DNA from: Clostridium hydrogenum
Lineage (GTDB): Bacteria; Bacillota; Clostridia; Clostridiales; Clostridiaceae
NCBI RefSeq assembly: GCF_021432385.1
Contig: NZ_JAEACT010000002.1
Span: 502,016 to 566,015 of the forward strand
Direction of reading: 5' to 3'
DNA: 64,000 nt
Shown: positions 29,588 to 40,066 of the stretch, piece by piece
Position numbering within the stretch: position 1 is the stretch's first letter
Layout: every line of letters begins with the position of its first letter
Notes under the pieces: model-generated
What the model saw: only the letters and a program-made list of their open reading frames with translations
What the model was told of the DNA's origin: nothing
Database searches by the model: none
Translations under genes and position numbers: made by a program

Positions 29588-30718
29588 ATGAAAAAATTAT
29601 TATGTTTTGTTACCTCTGTTGCCGTTTCTCTTTCTTTATCTTCAGTGTCGCAATTAAAAGCAAATACAATTCATAACGCCACTGCAATATCCGTGGCAAG
29701 CACAGGTTCTGGGAACGATTCAGCTGTTATACAAGCTGCTGTAAATAAAGCCATGCCAGGCGACACAATAGTGCTTACTAGTCCATCCTATAAATTAAAA
29801 TCACCAATTGTATTAAGCAAAAGTGGAACTTCGTCAAATCTTATAACAATAAAATCCTCCACTACACAAAAGGTAACACTTGATTTTTCCAGTGAACCCG
29901 ATGGGGATAGTGATTACGGAATCAATATCAAAGGCTCTTATTGGGAACTAGATTATTTAAATGTATACAGTGCTGGCGACAACGGAATAATAATGAAAGG
30001 TGCTGCAGCTGGCAATAATGTAATTAATCACTGCGACACAGACAATAATGATGATGCAGGATTACAAATTACAGGCGGTGCTCACGACAATTTAGTTGAG
30101 TATTGCAATTCATATAATAATTACGATGTAGCTACAAAAGGTTCAAATGCAGATGGTTTTGCATGTAAACTTGGAGCTGGAGCCGGAAATGAATTCTTAA
30201 ACTGTGACTCTTACGGCAATGCAGACGATGGATGGGATTTACTAGGTACTGATGAAACCGTTAAAATAATCGGATGCACAGCTACTAAAAATGGCTTTTA
30301 TCATGGTGATCCTCAAAGTTCTCTAAACAACTCAGGCATGAATGGCGATGGTATTAAGCTTGGTGGAAATCAAAAACCTCCAAAGGGGACGCACAGATCT
30401 TTAGGCTCACATATAGTAACTGGCTGCAAATCATATGACAATAAAGCAGCAGGTTTCTCTCAAAATAACAGTGCTGGAGCTTTAAAACTTACAGATTGTG
30501 ATGCTGACAGAAATGGTGCTGATAATCAACTTAACGCTAATCAAAAAACCACTAAAGGTAATTTTAACTTCCCTTATAACCCTAATAACGGAAATGTATT
30601 TACCTTTACAGATTGTACAACAACAGGAAAGTATATAATATATGGTGGTGCCAAAGTTATAGGTGGCAATATAAGCGCAAATGCTCCTAACACTCCACTT
30701 CCAGGTATTAATGATTAA
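29588..30718 (+). CDS. secreted right-handed parallel beta-helix protein (pectate-lyase-like fold)
   Basis: Signal peptide MKKLLCFVTSVAVSLSLSSVSQLKA. Repetitive G/N/D-rich beta-helix-like repeats (NHCDTDNNDDAGLQITGGAHDNLVEYCNSYNNYD...DGFACKLGAGAGNEF...). Confidence 0.55.
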   Translation: MKKLLCFVTSVAVSLSLSSVSQLKANTIHNATAISVASTGSGNDSAVIQAAVNKAMPGDTIVLTSPSYKLKSPIVLSKSGTSSNLITIKSSTTQKVTLDFSSEPDGDSDYGINIKGSYWELDYLNVYSAGDNGIIMKGAAAGNNVINHCDTDNNDDAGLQITGGAHDNLVEYCNSYNNYDVATKGSNADGFACKLGAGAGNEFLNCDSYGNADDGWDLLGTDETVKIIGCTATKNGFYHGDPQSSLNNSGMNGDGIKLGGNQKPPKGTHRSLGSHIVTGCKSYDNKAAGFSQNNSAGALKLTDCDADRNGADNQLNANQKTTKGNFNFPYNPNNGNVFTFTDCTTTGKYIIYGGAKVIGGNISANAPNTPLPGIND

Positions 30719-30941
30719 TACCTAAAGTTAGCCTTGTTATTTTCTTTAAAATGCCCAACAAAGTTCCTAGATAATTAAAGCTAAGTGAAGAGAACAATAG
30801 TTTCTCTCCACTTTTTTCGTTTACCTAGTAAAAAAGATTACATTTTATGTTAAAATCGTTCTTTTTCTCAAATTGACTTCCAATGCAAATGTGGTATTAT
30901 ATAACTCATATCAGAAATATTTATGAAGGTGAGGGTTCTTT

Positions 30942-33059
30942 ATGAATCAAAGTTACATCTACTTAATCATCGCTGTTATAGCAATTATAGCAGTATTATT
31001 TCTAGTACTAAAATTTATAGGAATAGTCGTAATAAAAAGCAGTGAAGTTGGAATCGTAGAAAAATGGTGGTCACCAAAAGGATCACTAAACAAACAAATT
31101 ATAGCTTTAAATGGGGAAGCTGGTTTCGAGCCAGATGTACTAAGAGCTGGTATTCACTTAAAAACTCCTCTTATGTACAAAATTCATCGTGCTCCACTTA
31201 TAACTATTCCTCAAGGTAAAATAGGCTACGTTTTTGCAAAAGATGGAAAAGCTCTTGATGTTTCTCAAACTCTTGGTCGTGTAATACCTGAAGCAGATAA
31301 CTTCCAGGACGTTAAAGGATTTTTGAAAAGTGAAGGTCAAAAAGGGCCTCAAAGAGCAATACTAAGAGAAGGTACCTATGCCTTTAACCTTGCACAATTC
31401 ATAATCATAACTGAAAATGGCGTTTATTCTCTAACTACCACTAAAGAGGAAAATCAACAAGTTCAGAACATGGCAGATAAGATAAGAAGACTCGATGGTT
31501 TTAATCCAGTTATAATTAATGGTAAAGATGACAGCATAGGTATAGTTACTGTAAATGATGGTCCTGCTCTTCCAAATGAAGTTTTAATAGCACCAATTAT
31601 AGGTGACAAGGCTGGACTTGAAAATTACCACAACAACTTCCAAGATCCTGAGAAGTTCCTTAAAGCTGGCGGTTTTAAAGGAAGACAGATGCAGATTTTA
31701 GCAGATGGAACTTACTTCATAAATAGATTATTTGCAACTGTTGAATATTTACCTAAAACCATAATAAACATTGGTGAAGTTGGTGTTGTTGTATCTTATT
31801 ATGGAGACAAGGGTAAGGATGTTACTGGTGACACTTATAAACACGGCGAATTAGTTTCTGAGGGTTCTAAAGGTATATGGGAGGCTGCTTTAGCTCCTGG
31901 CAAATATGGATTTAATATTTATGCTGGGAAAGTAGTTAAAGTTCCAACAACAAATGTAATTTTAAAATGGATTAGTGGACAAAGCGGAAATCATAGACTT
32001 GATGAAAACTTAAAAGAAATAAGTCTTATTACGAAGGATGCTTTTGAGCCAAGTCTTCCTTTAACTGTAGTAATGCATATAGATTATAAAAAAGCTTCTA
32101 GAGTAATACAAAGATTTGGTGATGTAAAGCTCCTTATAGAACAGTCACTGGATCCTATGATAGCTGGATACTTCAAAAATGTCGGACAAACAATGACTTT
32201 AGTAGAATTGATACAAAATAGAAATGAAATCCAAAATAGGGCTTCCGCTGAAATGAAAGAGAAGTTTGAGAAATACGACTTAGAATTAGAAGAAGTCTTA
32301 ATTGGTACTCCTATTGCCTCTAAAAATGACAATAGAATTGATACAATACTTGCACAGCTTAGAGACAGACAACTTGCAATGGAGCAAATAGCAACTTTTG
32401 ATGCCGAACAAAAAGCTGCTGAAAAAGAAATAGAATTAAACAAAGCAAAAGCTGCTTCATCAAAACAAGCTGATTTAACTGCTTCTGCTGTAGAAATTCA
32501 AATTAAGGAAAATGAAGGTAAAGCTCAGCTTCTTGTTGCTAAACAAATTGCAGAAAAAACAAAAACTGAAGCTGAAGCTAATTTGTACAAACAGCAGAAG
32601 GATGCCGAAGCCAAGGCATATACAACAAAACAAGATGCCGAAGCAAAAGCTTATGCTATTGAAAAAGAAGCTACCGCAAACTCTAAGCAAATTAGTCTTC
32701 TTGGTTCTGCCGAAGCTTCAAAGATAAAATCTATTGGTGAAGCCGAAGCTGACAAGGAAGCTAAAATCGGTATTTCCAAGGCAATAGCTGCTAGAGAACA
32801 AGTTAATGCTTATGGTGGTCCTCAATATCAAGTAATTCAAGATGTAATGACTAAACTTGCAGAAGCATTAAAAGAATCAAAAATTGATATCGTTCCTAGA
32901 ACTTACATTGGTGGCAACAGCGATGGCAAAACTCCAAATGCTTTAGAAGGTATCCTTAATTTACTTCTCGCAGACATGGGTAATGGAACAAGCACAGAAA
33001 GAGAACTTTCTCCTGAAGTTGAAAAAATAAAAAGTAAAATTATAGAATCACTAAAATAA
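30942..33059 (+). CDS. flotillin-like SPFH/band-7 domain protein
   Basis: 705 aa. N-terminal TM helix, an SPFH domain, then a long coiled-coil with EA-rich repeats (AEAKAY x3), typical of bacterial flotillins. Confidence 0.8.
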   Translation: MNQSYIYLIIAVIAIIAVLFLVLKFIGIVVIKSSEVGIVEKWWSPKGSLNKQIIALNGEAGFEPDVLRAGIHLKTPLMYKIHRAPLITIPQGKIGYVFAKDGKALDVSQTLGRVIPEADNFQDVKGFLKSEGQKGPQRAILREGTYAFNLAQFIIITENGVYSLTTTKEENQQVQNMADKIRRLDGFNPVIINGKDDSIGIVTVNDGPALPNEVLIAPIIGDKAGLENYHNNFQDPEKFLKAGGFKGRQMQILADGTYFINRLFATVEYLPKTIINIGEVGVVVSYYGDKGKDVTGDTYKHGELVSEGSKGIWEAALAPGKYGFNIYAGKVVKVPTTNVILKWISGQSGNHRLDENLKEISLITKDAFEPSLPLTVVMHIDYKKASRVIQRFGDVKLLIEQSLDPMIAGYFKNVGQTMTLVELIQNRNEIQNRASAEMKEKFEKYDLELEEVLIGTPIASKNDNRIDTILAQLRDRQLAMEQIATFDAEQKAAEKEIELNKAKAASSKQADLTASAVEIQIKENEGKAQLLVAKQIAEKTKTEAEANLYKQQKDAEAKAYTTKQDAEAKAYAIEKEATANSKQISLLGSAEASKIKSIGEAEADKEAKIGISKAIAAREQVNAYGGPQYQVIQDVMTKLAEALKESKIDIVPRTYIGGNSDGKTPNALEGILNLLLADMGNGTSTERELSPEVEKIKSKIIESLK

Positions 33060-33117
33060 TATAAATTAGTGTGCTGTTGCACTAAAAAATATTTAATAGA
33101 AATTTAAAATTATTGCG

Positions 33118-33151
33118 AACCTTTATTCAGAGTACTCTGAATAAAGGTTTG
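33118..33151. terminator. bidirectional stem-loop between convergent genes
   Basis: Perfect 15-bp stem AACCTTTATTCAGAG/CTCTGAATAAAGGTT with the 4-nt loop TACT, flanked by T-rich sequence. It overlaps the last codons of the minus-strand ORF. Confidence 0.55.
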
Positions 33152-33569
33152 CAACAATTTCATTATTCTTAATCACCGTTCTTTGTTTAGGTAATGTTAT
33201 TTTATATTCATTATTTCCCAAAACATGTAGTACCACAAAATCATACGCAGTATTGCTGTCTTTATTCATACTTGTATCGTAAATTCGTATTCCGCCACCA
33301 ACTGCAAAGGTATATGTAGGGAATCCTTTTGCATTAAATAAAATTTCAATTTCATCATTCTTTTCACTTACCGAATTAATAGTAATTTTTTTATTATCAC
33401 CTACTGAGACATCAATCGGCAACTTGGAGTTTAATGGTAAATACTTTGGGTTTTTTACCTTAAAATCATTAGAAAAAACACTATCACCTTTTGGTTTAAG
33501 TATCATAATCCTAGAAAGCTTGCTACCTTCAATTTGCTTGTAAAATAAGTATTCTAAGTTCATAATCAA
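33123..33569 (-). CDS. hypothetical protein (beta-rich, could be a sigma-factor partner)
   Basis: 148 aa. Overlaps the 3' end of the sigma-factor gene by 41 nt in another frame. The track start is TTG; an ATG lies 2 codons downstream (33563). Confidence 0.4.
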   Translation of the reverse strand: MIMNLEYLFYKQIEGSKLSRIMILKPKGDSVFSNDFKVKNPKYLPLNSKLPIDVSVGDNKKITINSVSEKNDEIEILFNAKGFPTYTFAVGGGIRIYDTSMNKDSNTAYDFVVLHVLGNNEYKITLPKQRTVIKNNEIVANLYSEYSE

Positions 33570-33927
33570 TTTTATCTACCGTGCTTCTTATGTCTATTTT
33601 TCTAAAACCATTTTCTTCAAATGTACCTTCAACGTAATTTTCATAAGAAACAATTTTTCTTTTCTTATTAATAATTGCATTACAACTATTGATAAGAATT
33701 TTTATAAGCCATGTTTTAAAATACTCAGGCTTTTTCAACTTTCTTATACCTTCAAAAGCTTTAAGTATAGAATCTTGTATAGCATCTAAAGCATCGTCAT
33801 CATTTTTAAGCATTGCAATAGCTATTCTATATAAATCTTTTTCGTAAAGTTTTATAATTTGCGTAAATGCTTCTTTATTTCCTTTCCTAGCCACTTCTAC
33901 TAACCTTATCGAGTCCAAATTTCCCAT
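33529..33927 (-). CDS. sigma-70 family (ECF-like) RNA polymerase sigma factor, short or truncated
   Basis: Region 2-like segment (KEAFTQIIKLYEKDLYRIAIAMLKNDDDALDAIQDSILKAFEGIRKLKKPEYFKTWLIKILIN). GGAGGA RBS 6 nt before the internal ATG (M15, 33927). The ORF ends where region 4 would begin (VDKIDYELRILILQAN*). Confidence 0.5.
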   Translation of the reverse strand: MGNLDSIRLVEVARKGNKEAFTQIIKLYEKDLYRIAIAMLKNDDDALDAIQDSILKAFEGIRKLKKPEYFKTWLIKILINSCNAIINKKRKIVSYENYVEGTFEENGFRKIDIRSTVDKIDYELRILILQAN

Positions 33928-34343
33928 ATTATCCTCCAAAGCTAAAATATGATTACATTTTATATTCACATATTAGATAAGTTAAAACTACTTTTGGTTC
34001 TAACAAATTTTTCAATAGTAGTATGTTTTTTATCAATTTCTCTTTATATAAATCTACATAAAAATATTACATTTTATACAAATACTATTTAAAATTGTTA
34101 TGTGTTAGCTTAAAATAATAAAATTATAAACTTTATTGTCAATATGCATTTGTAAATTTTCACTATTACATTGTATTATTTACCAAATATATAATTGTAT
34201 GTAATTATATATTGTTTTATAGCATTCATTAGGTGTATACTTTTACATTTGATATGTAATCTAATTACAGAAATTGAAAAGAAAGTTTCGCAATGCTATA
34301 ACTTTACTCGTGATCACAAATATATATCACAGGAGGCAATAAT

Positions 34344-35102
34344 ATGAAATTAAGTAAATTTTTAAAGAAAGTTCTTGTTACTTCAGCATTTGTTGCTGCT
34401 TTTTCTATCTTTGGTATTGCTGGTTTACCAAATCAAGCAAAAGCCGATACCCTTCCTGCTCAATTATATTATTCTCAACGTGTCCTAGATTCTAGAGGTG
34501 GGACAAGCCATCTTGAAGGATATATTGCTATACAAAACTTAGCATTTGAAAAGAATGTAACTGTTCATTATACTTATGATGGCGGTAAAACATGGTATGA
34601 TGCCCCTGCAAGTTACTTAAAAACAGATTCAAATGACAATAGTGAGGTATGGAAATTCCAAACAATGTCAGTATATTACTTACAACCCATAACATATTGC
34701 ATAAAATATGAAGTTAACGGACAAACTTACTGGGATAATAATAATGGTAAAAATTACACAGATGGTGCTTTTGGCAAATCATACGTGTACGCACACTCTA
34801 TCTTTACTCAAACATTTAATGGAAACAACTATATTTCTTTTTATACAGCTACAAGAAATATCGCTGGTTCAAACTCTAGAGTAGTTAAAGTACGTTATAC
34901 TGAAGATAATTGGAACACATACAAAGATGTAGATACAGCTTATCAAGTAGGTTCAATTAGTACTGCTGATACTACTGAATGGGCTACAAATGTTACAGTA
35001 TCAAGTTCTTCAAAGCAGGTTAAATTTGCTGTACTTTATGAAGTAGATGGAGTAGACTATTGGGACAATAACTTCGGAGCCAACTATACCGCAAACTTTT
35101 AA
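34344..35102 (+). CDS. secreted protein with two tandem carbohydrate-binding-like repeats
   Basis: Signal peptide MKLSKFLKKVLVTSAFVAAFSIFGIAG. Two repeats of about 100 aa each ending in a YWDNNxGxNYT motif (GQTYWDNNNGKNYT and GVDYWDNNFGANYT). The repeats resemble starch-binding CBM families. Confidence 0.5.
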   Translation: MKLSKFLKKVLVTSAFVAAFSIFGIAGLPNQAKADTLPAQLYYSQRVLDSRGGTSHLEGYIAIQNLAFEKNVTVHYTYDGGKTWYDAPASYLKTDSNDNSEVWKFQTMSVYYLQPITYCIKYEVNGQTYWDNNNGKNYTDGAFGKSYVYAHSIFTQTFNGNNYISFYTATRNIAGSNSRVVKVRYTEDNWNTYKDVDTAYQVGSISTADTTEWATNVTVSSSSKQVKFAVLYEVDGVDYWDNNFGANYTANF

Positions 35103-35201
35103 ATTATAAATTATAAAGAGTTACCATGATAAAACTAAAGTTATACATGTTACAAAATAATAGTCATAAAACTCATTATTTAAAACATGTATAACTTAAA
35201 T

Positions 35202-35615
35202 TTAAGATTGGTAACTTTCAATTTTAAATATAACTTGACCATATTGGACCATATCTTTATCTTTAACTAATATTTCTAATATAGTTCCATTAACTGGAGA
35301 AAGTATTTCAATAGTAACCTTTAAAAAATTAATTGTGCATAGTAATTGCTTTATCTTAACCCTTTCACCACGTTTTACATATAAATTGTTAATTTCATGA
35401 TTAAAAATATTTACTATGCCAACATATTGCGACTTAACTTCTATAATCTCACTTCTATTGTGAGTAGTGCAACAGATTTCATTTCTAGCGGTATTGAAAA
35501 CTTCTTGTGTCGCCTTTATATATAAATTATTTGTTTTTATTTCAACATATGTCATATTGGAATTTATTATTTGTTGAATTAGGTTAACAAGTTGAGATTC
35601 CTCCATATTCTTCAC
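35202..35615 (-). CDS. hypothetical protein, last gene of the RiPP/ABC operon
   Basis: 137 aa. C-terminal region (VSPVNGTILEILVKDKDMVQYGQVIFKIE) weakly resembles a biotin/lipoyl-like hybrid barrel. Confidence 0.4.
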   Translation of the reverse strand: MKNMEESQLVNLIQQIINSNMTYVEIKTNNLYIKATQEVFNTARNEICCTTHNRSEIIEVKSQYVGIVNIFNHEINNLYVKRGERVKIKQLLCTINFLKVTIEILSPVNGTILEILVKDKDMVQYGQVIFKIESYQS

Positions 35616-35659
35616 CTAGCTTACGAGTTTTTATAAGTACCTCAAATTTAATAGCTTAT

Positions 35660-36331
35660 TTACTTACTACTGCATATCCTACCATCTTTTATTTTAATAA
35701 CATCATCACATATTGAAGTAGATTCTAAGTTATGTGTAACCATTAATATAGTGGTCTTAAAATCATCACAAAGTTTTCTTAATAATTTTAAAATCATATC
35801 AGCATTTTGGGAATCTAAATTACCCGTTGGTTCATCGGCAAAAACAATCTTAGGGTTATTAACTAATGACCTTGCTATTGACACACGCTGTTGTTCTCCT
35901 CCTGATAAATATCCTGCTTTTTTATTTCTCTTATCATACAATCCTACATCTTTCATTAATTTATCAATAATATCTTTCTTTTTACCAAGTTCCCTATTCG
36001 CTATTATTATTGGTAATCTAATATTCTCTTCAATAGTCATCGTAGGTATAATATTATAAGATTGAAATACAAAACCTATATTATTACATCTAAACTCTGA
36101 CATTTTACTATCATTTAATTTCATTATATCAGTATTATCGATATATACTTCTCCTTTATCAGCAGTTAATAGCCCACTCAATGTATACAAAAGAGTACTT
36201 TTACCAGATCCCGAATTTCCTGTTATTGCAACAAATTTGCCATTTTCAACATTAAGTGATATATCCTGTAATACTGGTACATTTGTATTATTATTATCGT
36301 ACGACTTACAAACATTTACTGCTCTAATCAT
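35660..36331 (-). CDS. ABC transporter ATP-binding protein (MacB/FtsE-like)
   Basis: Walker A GNSGSGKST, signature LSGGEQQRV, Walker B VFADEPT, H-loop THN. 223 aa. Confidence 0.85.
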   Translation of the reverse strand: MIRAVNVCKSYDNNNTNVPVLQDISLNVENGKFVAITGNSGSGKSTLLYTLSGLLTADKGEVYIDNTDIMKLNDSKMSEFRCNNIGFVFQSYNIIPTMTIEENIRLPIIIANRELGKKKDIIDKLMKDVGLYDKRNKKAGYLSGGEQQRVSIARSLVNNPKIVFADEPTGNLDSQNADMILKLLRKLCDDFKTTILMVTHNLESTSICDDVIKIKDGRICSSK

Positions 36332-36341
36332 TTACAATCCC

Positions 36342-38858
36342 CTATTCATCCTTTATATTTTTAACAACATCGCATTTAACTGATTTTCTAACGGAAAAAA
36401 ACATGAACGTCAGTGATACACTAAGAACTAATATACCAATTATACAAGACTGTACTACTGAAAAACTACTTGGCACATTTACGCCACCTCCATTAGATGC
36501 TTTATTAAAAATCCCCACCAAATATTCAGTTGATATACTACTTCCACAAATGCCAACTACAATCACCACAAGAAATAATAACGCTATCTCTAAAAACGCT
36601 ATTCTAGTAGTGCTAATCTTGCTTAGACCAATAGACATTAGTAACGCTAATTGCTTTTTATTTTCACTTATTGTCATTACACATGTATTTACCAATAATG
36701 TCATTAAAGCAAGTTCTATGGTAAAGAAAAGAACTTCAATTGGTAGCATTCCTTCCATCACATTTTCCTGCCACATATATTTCATACCATTACGGTCATT
36801 ATAATCTACTTCCTTGCTTTTTTGCTTTCTTTCTTCTTTAATCTCTTCTTTGCTTTTTTGTGTAGTATCACCAAACAACGCTTGATCAATTTTATCTTCT
36901 GTGTCAAATCCATTTTTCTCATTTATATATTTAATTGGTATTCTACATGTTTCAGGCTTAAATTGATCCTTATCGCCAAAAGAAAATACAACCCTTCCTG
37001 AATAATCCATAGTATTAATTATATCAGCAATCCTAACATTTTTCTTTTTTTCTCCTACAATTACTTCCAACTCAGAATTTATTTTCTTGTGTAAATTATC
37101 AGCTAATTCCTGTGAAATTACAACATCGTTATTGTTATCTTTAATATACTGTAATCCATTTTCAAATAAATTTTGATTATACATTTCCTTTATGACCGAT
37201 TCACTAGTTACACAATAGTTAAATTGGTCTCCTAAATTACTTTTTGCTTGTCCTTCATATATGCTACCAATTGGTTCTATATTTCCAATCTTTTTAATGA
37301 TCTTTTGCACTTTACTTTCTTCGGAATCTGTATATTTATAATTAATCTCAATATCATACCTTAATTGTTTATCAACTTGATCCCTTGCCCAATTGTGGTA
37401 TGACTTAATTGTATTTGATAAGGAAAGCTGTATAAGAATTATTAATAAAAAAGAACATGCCAGCCCCTTGTTTTTACTAAAATTATTACTCATATTATGA
37501 GATACAAGAAGTGTAGTTCTATTTACCTTTAATTTCACTAATTTTCCGATGATCACTACTATATACGGAACCAAGCTAATAATTCCAACAATAAATAGTG
37601 CAAATAAAATTCCACATGATAACAATGTTAAGTTATTACTATTACAAACTAAATGGATAGTAATTGGGATAGCTATAGCTATGATACCCAGAGTAATTTT
37701 GATAGGATTATTTTTACTGCTATCTATTACTTCATCTTTAGCTTTAATAAGCTCATATGGGGTTTTCTTATTAAACCTTGTTGTTACAACTAAAACTGAT
37801 ACTATTGGCAGTACACCACCAACAACAATAGATATTAAAATGAATTCAAAACTCGGCACAAAACTCAAAATTGGTGTAGCTGTTAGAGTACAAACTCCAC
37901 ACCCTAATGCTATTCCTAAAGTAATTCCAAGAACTATACCAATACATGAATAAAACAAATTCTCAAGCACTATACAATATACCATCTCTCTATACTTAAG
38001 TCCTATAGTTCTTAAAACTGCCCAAAACTTAATACGTTCATTAATTATAACCGTATACGTATTTATAATTAAACTACACCCTAGAAATACAATAATAGCA
38101 ACTAAAAAAAGTAAACTATTTTGTAAAAATCCCATATCTTTTTCAACTTTAACATACTTTTGATAATCGTCAAAAACCTTTACCTCATCTCCATAGCTAT
38201 TATTTATCTTTTGTATTAACAATTTTGCATTGTTTGTATTGTGATTTAGATCTAGAAATATTCCACTTAAAGTATTACTACCATTTAAAATACCACTAGA
38301 AATAAATATTGTATCATTATCAGAGGTACTTGCATAATTTTCAGTTACTGCAGCAATCCTACATTCAGTTTTAATCCCATCAACCTCAACCTCTACATAA
38401 TCATTTAATTTAGCCCCCAGTTTTTTCATTAACTGCTTATTAACCACAATATCATTAGGTAATTTACTTATACTTCCTTGTACTATATTCATTTTTTCCA
38501 TGTAATTATAATCATTAAATTCTGTTTCATAAATATCTATACTTACTGGATTATCATTAAATGTTATATTACCTCCTTGTATAATATTAAAATTGACTTT
38601 CTTCTTTACATCACTATTGCTTATAATATTATCAATTTTTTTTCTATTAACCTCAGAATTAAATATCAGCCTTACATCTGAACTTCCACTTTTATTGACT
38701 TCTCTTATCTTCAGTCCGTTCATATTATTTGAGAACAATATTTCAGACATAATTATTATTGCCACTATTAGCATTACAGCAAAGGAAATAGGTATATTCC
38801 TCCTACGCTCTTTTGAATTGCTCACCCTATCTTTTATTAATATAATTTCTTTTTCCAT
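36342..38858 (-). CDS. ABC transporter permease, FtsX family (two FtsX modules)
   Basis: 838 aa, N-terminal TM, large extracytoplasmic domains, two 4-TM FtsX-like bundles. Adjacent to the ATPase. Confidence 0.75.
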   Translation of the reverse strand: MEKEIILIKDRVSNSKERRRNIPISFAVMLIVAIIIMSEILFSNNMNGLKIREVNKSGSSDVRLIFNSEVNRKKIDNIISNSDVKKKVNFNIIQGGNITFNDNPVSIDIYETEFNDYNYMEKMNIVQGSISKLPNDIVVNKQLMKKLGAKLNDYVEVEVDGIKTECRIAAVTENYASTSDNDTIFISSGILNGSNTLSGIFLDLNHNTNNAKLLIQKINNSYGDEVKVFDDYQKYVKVEKDMGFLQNSLLFLVAIIVFLGCSLIINTYTVIINERIKFWAVLRTIGLKYREMVYCIVLENLFYSCIGIVLGITLGIALGCGVCTLTATPILSFVPSFEFILISIVVGGVLPIVSVLVVTTRFNKKTPYELIKAKDEVIDSSKNNPIKITLGIIAIAIPITIHLVCNSNNLTLLSCGILFALFIVGIISLVPYIVVIIGKLVKLKVNRTTLLVSHNMSNNFSKNKGLACSFLLIILIQLSLSNTIKSYHNWARDQVDKQLRYDIEINYKYTDSEESKVQKIIKKIGNIEPIGSIYEGQAKSNLGDQFNYCVTSESVIKEMYNQNLFENGLQYIKDNNNDVVISQELADNLHKKINSELEVIVGEKKKNVRIADIINTMDYSGRVVFSFGDKDQFKPETCRIPIKYINEKNGFDTEDKIDQALFGDTTQKSKEEIKEERKQKSKEVDYNDRNGMKYMWQENVMEGMLPIEVLFFTIELALMTLLVNTCVMTISENKKQLALLMSIGLSKISTTRIAFLEIALLFLVVIVVGICGSSISTEYLVGIFNKASNGGGVNVPSSFSVVQSCIIGILVLSVSLTFMFFSVRKSVKCDVVKNIKDE

Positions 38859-38869
38859 ATATTCTCCTT

Positions 38870-40066
38870 TTATGCTTGTTGTTTATTTTTAACACCCTTT
38901 AATTTCTTAAGTATATCTACTATGCCTATACAAGGCAGCACAGTTACTATTGCAACAAAAATTTTTGTAAAAATTGAGTGTGCATCATACCAAGCTAAAA
39001 ATATCCATCTAGCCATAAATAAAAACATATAAGCTATAGCTATTAAACTAGCTATAAAATATATAAAATATACTCTTCTCTCCTTTTTGCTTATCTTATA
39101 AGCTTTATTCTTAAAGAACATATATTTAATTATATATGTTCTTACGTTGAATTTATTTAAAAGAATGGAAAATAAAAAATACCCATCAGTTAATGAAAAT
39201 GGACTTAAATTAGTTACAATAGCAATAAAATTACTTATAGCTACTATCTTACACATATCTCTAAAATTAGAGTCAATCCCTCCAAGCGATGCAATCCCTA
39301 AACTTACAAATGCAATAGCTAAATTTGTAACTAAACCAGCCATAACTATCTGTATTTTCTCAACATTTTTAAGTGTATTAATTCCCTTTACTTTAATATA
39401 AACAATAGGCATACATCCACTATATAAATTAAATGAAACTTTGTAAACGTCCTTTCCTAATGACAATGCAACAATAATATGTGATAATTCATGGGCTATT
39501 AATGAAAATCCTGACATAATTGTTAGATAAATAAATCCAGCTGAAGCAGAATTATTATACTTATACAATTGTTTTGTATTTCCCAAATCTAAAACATTGA
39601 AATTATTTATAGCAACTATAATACTAAAAAAAATCAATATACTATATAAAGCTATAAATAATTTCTTTATAGCTTTAGCTATTTCCTTTATTTTTTTGCT
39701 TTGAGGTTTCAGTATAACTTTAACTATCTCCTTTGACATAATATCAATTTCATTACTTATAATTCCACGCTGTTCATTTTCAATAAACCCATTATTCACT
39801 AATATCTTATAAAAGGCGCCAATATCTACTTTGCATTTTAATTCATCTTCAACTTTTGATTGCACATTGCTTAATGTACTACTTCCATCAAATAACTTTA
39901 TTATTCTTTGTACATATTTCAATTTATTTTTTGGTATCTTTATATATTTCTCCTTGTCCTCGCAAGCTAATACATAATACTCTTGTTTTCCAAATATGGA
40001 CTTATCCTCGATTATCTTATAGTCACTTACAAATTTAGGTTTAGCCTCTAAACTACTAGCCTCCAT
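38870..40066 (-). CDS. M50-family (site-2-protease-like) membrane zinc metalloprotease with N-terminal cytoplasmic domain
   Basis: HExxH within a TM helix (LIAHELSHIIVAL) and a downstream LDG-type motif (NLSPFSLTDGYFLF). Multiple TM helices. Its ATG overlaps the stop of the upstream rSAM gene (TAATG). Confidence 0.7.
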   Translation of the reverse strand: MEASSLEAKPKFVSDYKIIEDKSIFGKQEYYVLACEDKEKYIKIPKNKLKYVQRIIKLFDGSSTLSNVQSKVEDELKCKVDIGAFYKILVNNGFIENEQRGIISNEIDIMSKEIVKVILKPQSKKIKEIAKAIKKLFIALYSILIFFSIIVAINNFNVLDLGNTKQLYKYNNSASAGFIYLTIMSGFSLIAHELSHIIVALSLGKDVYKVSFNLYSGCMPIVYIKVKGINTLKNVEKIQIVMAGLVTNLAIAFVSLGIASLGGIDSNFRDMCKIVAISNFIAIVTNLSPFSLTDGYFLFSILLNKFNVRTYIIKYMFFKNKAYKISKKERRVYFIYFIASLIAIAYMFLFMARWIFLAWYDAHSIFTKIFVAIVTVLPCIGIVDILKKLKGVKNKQQA

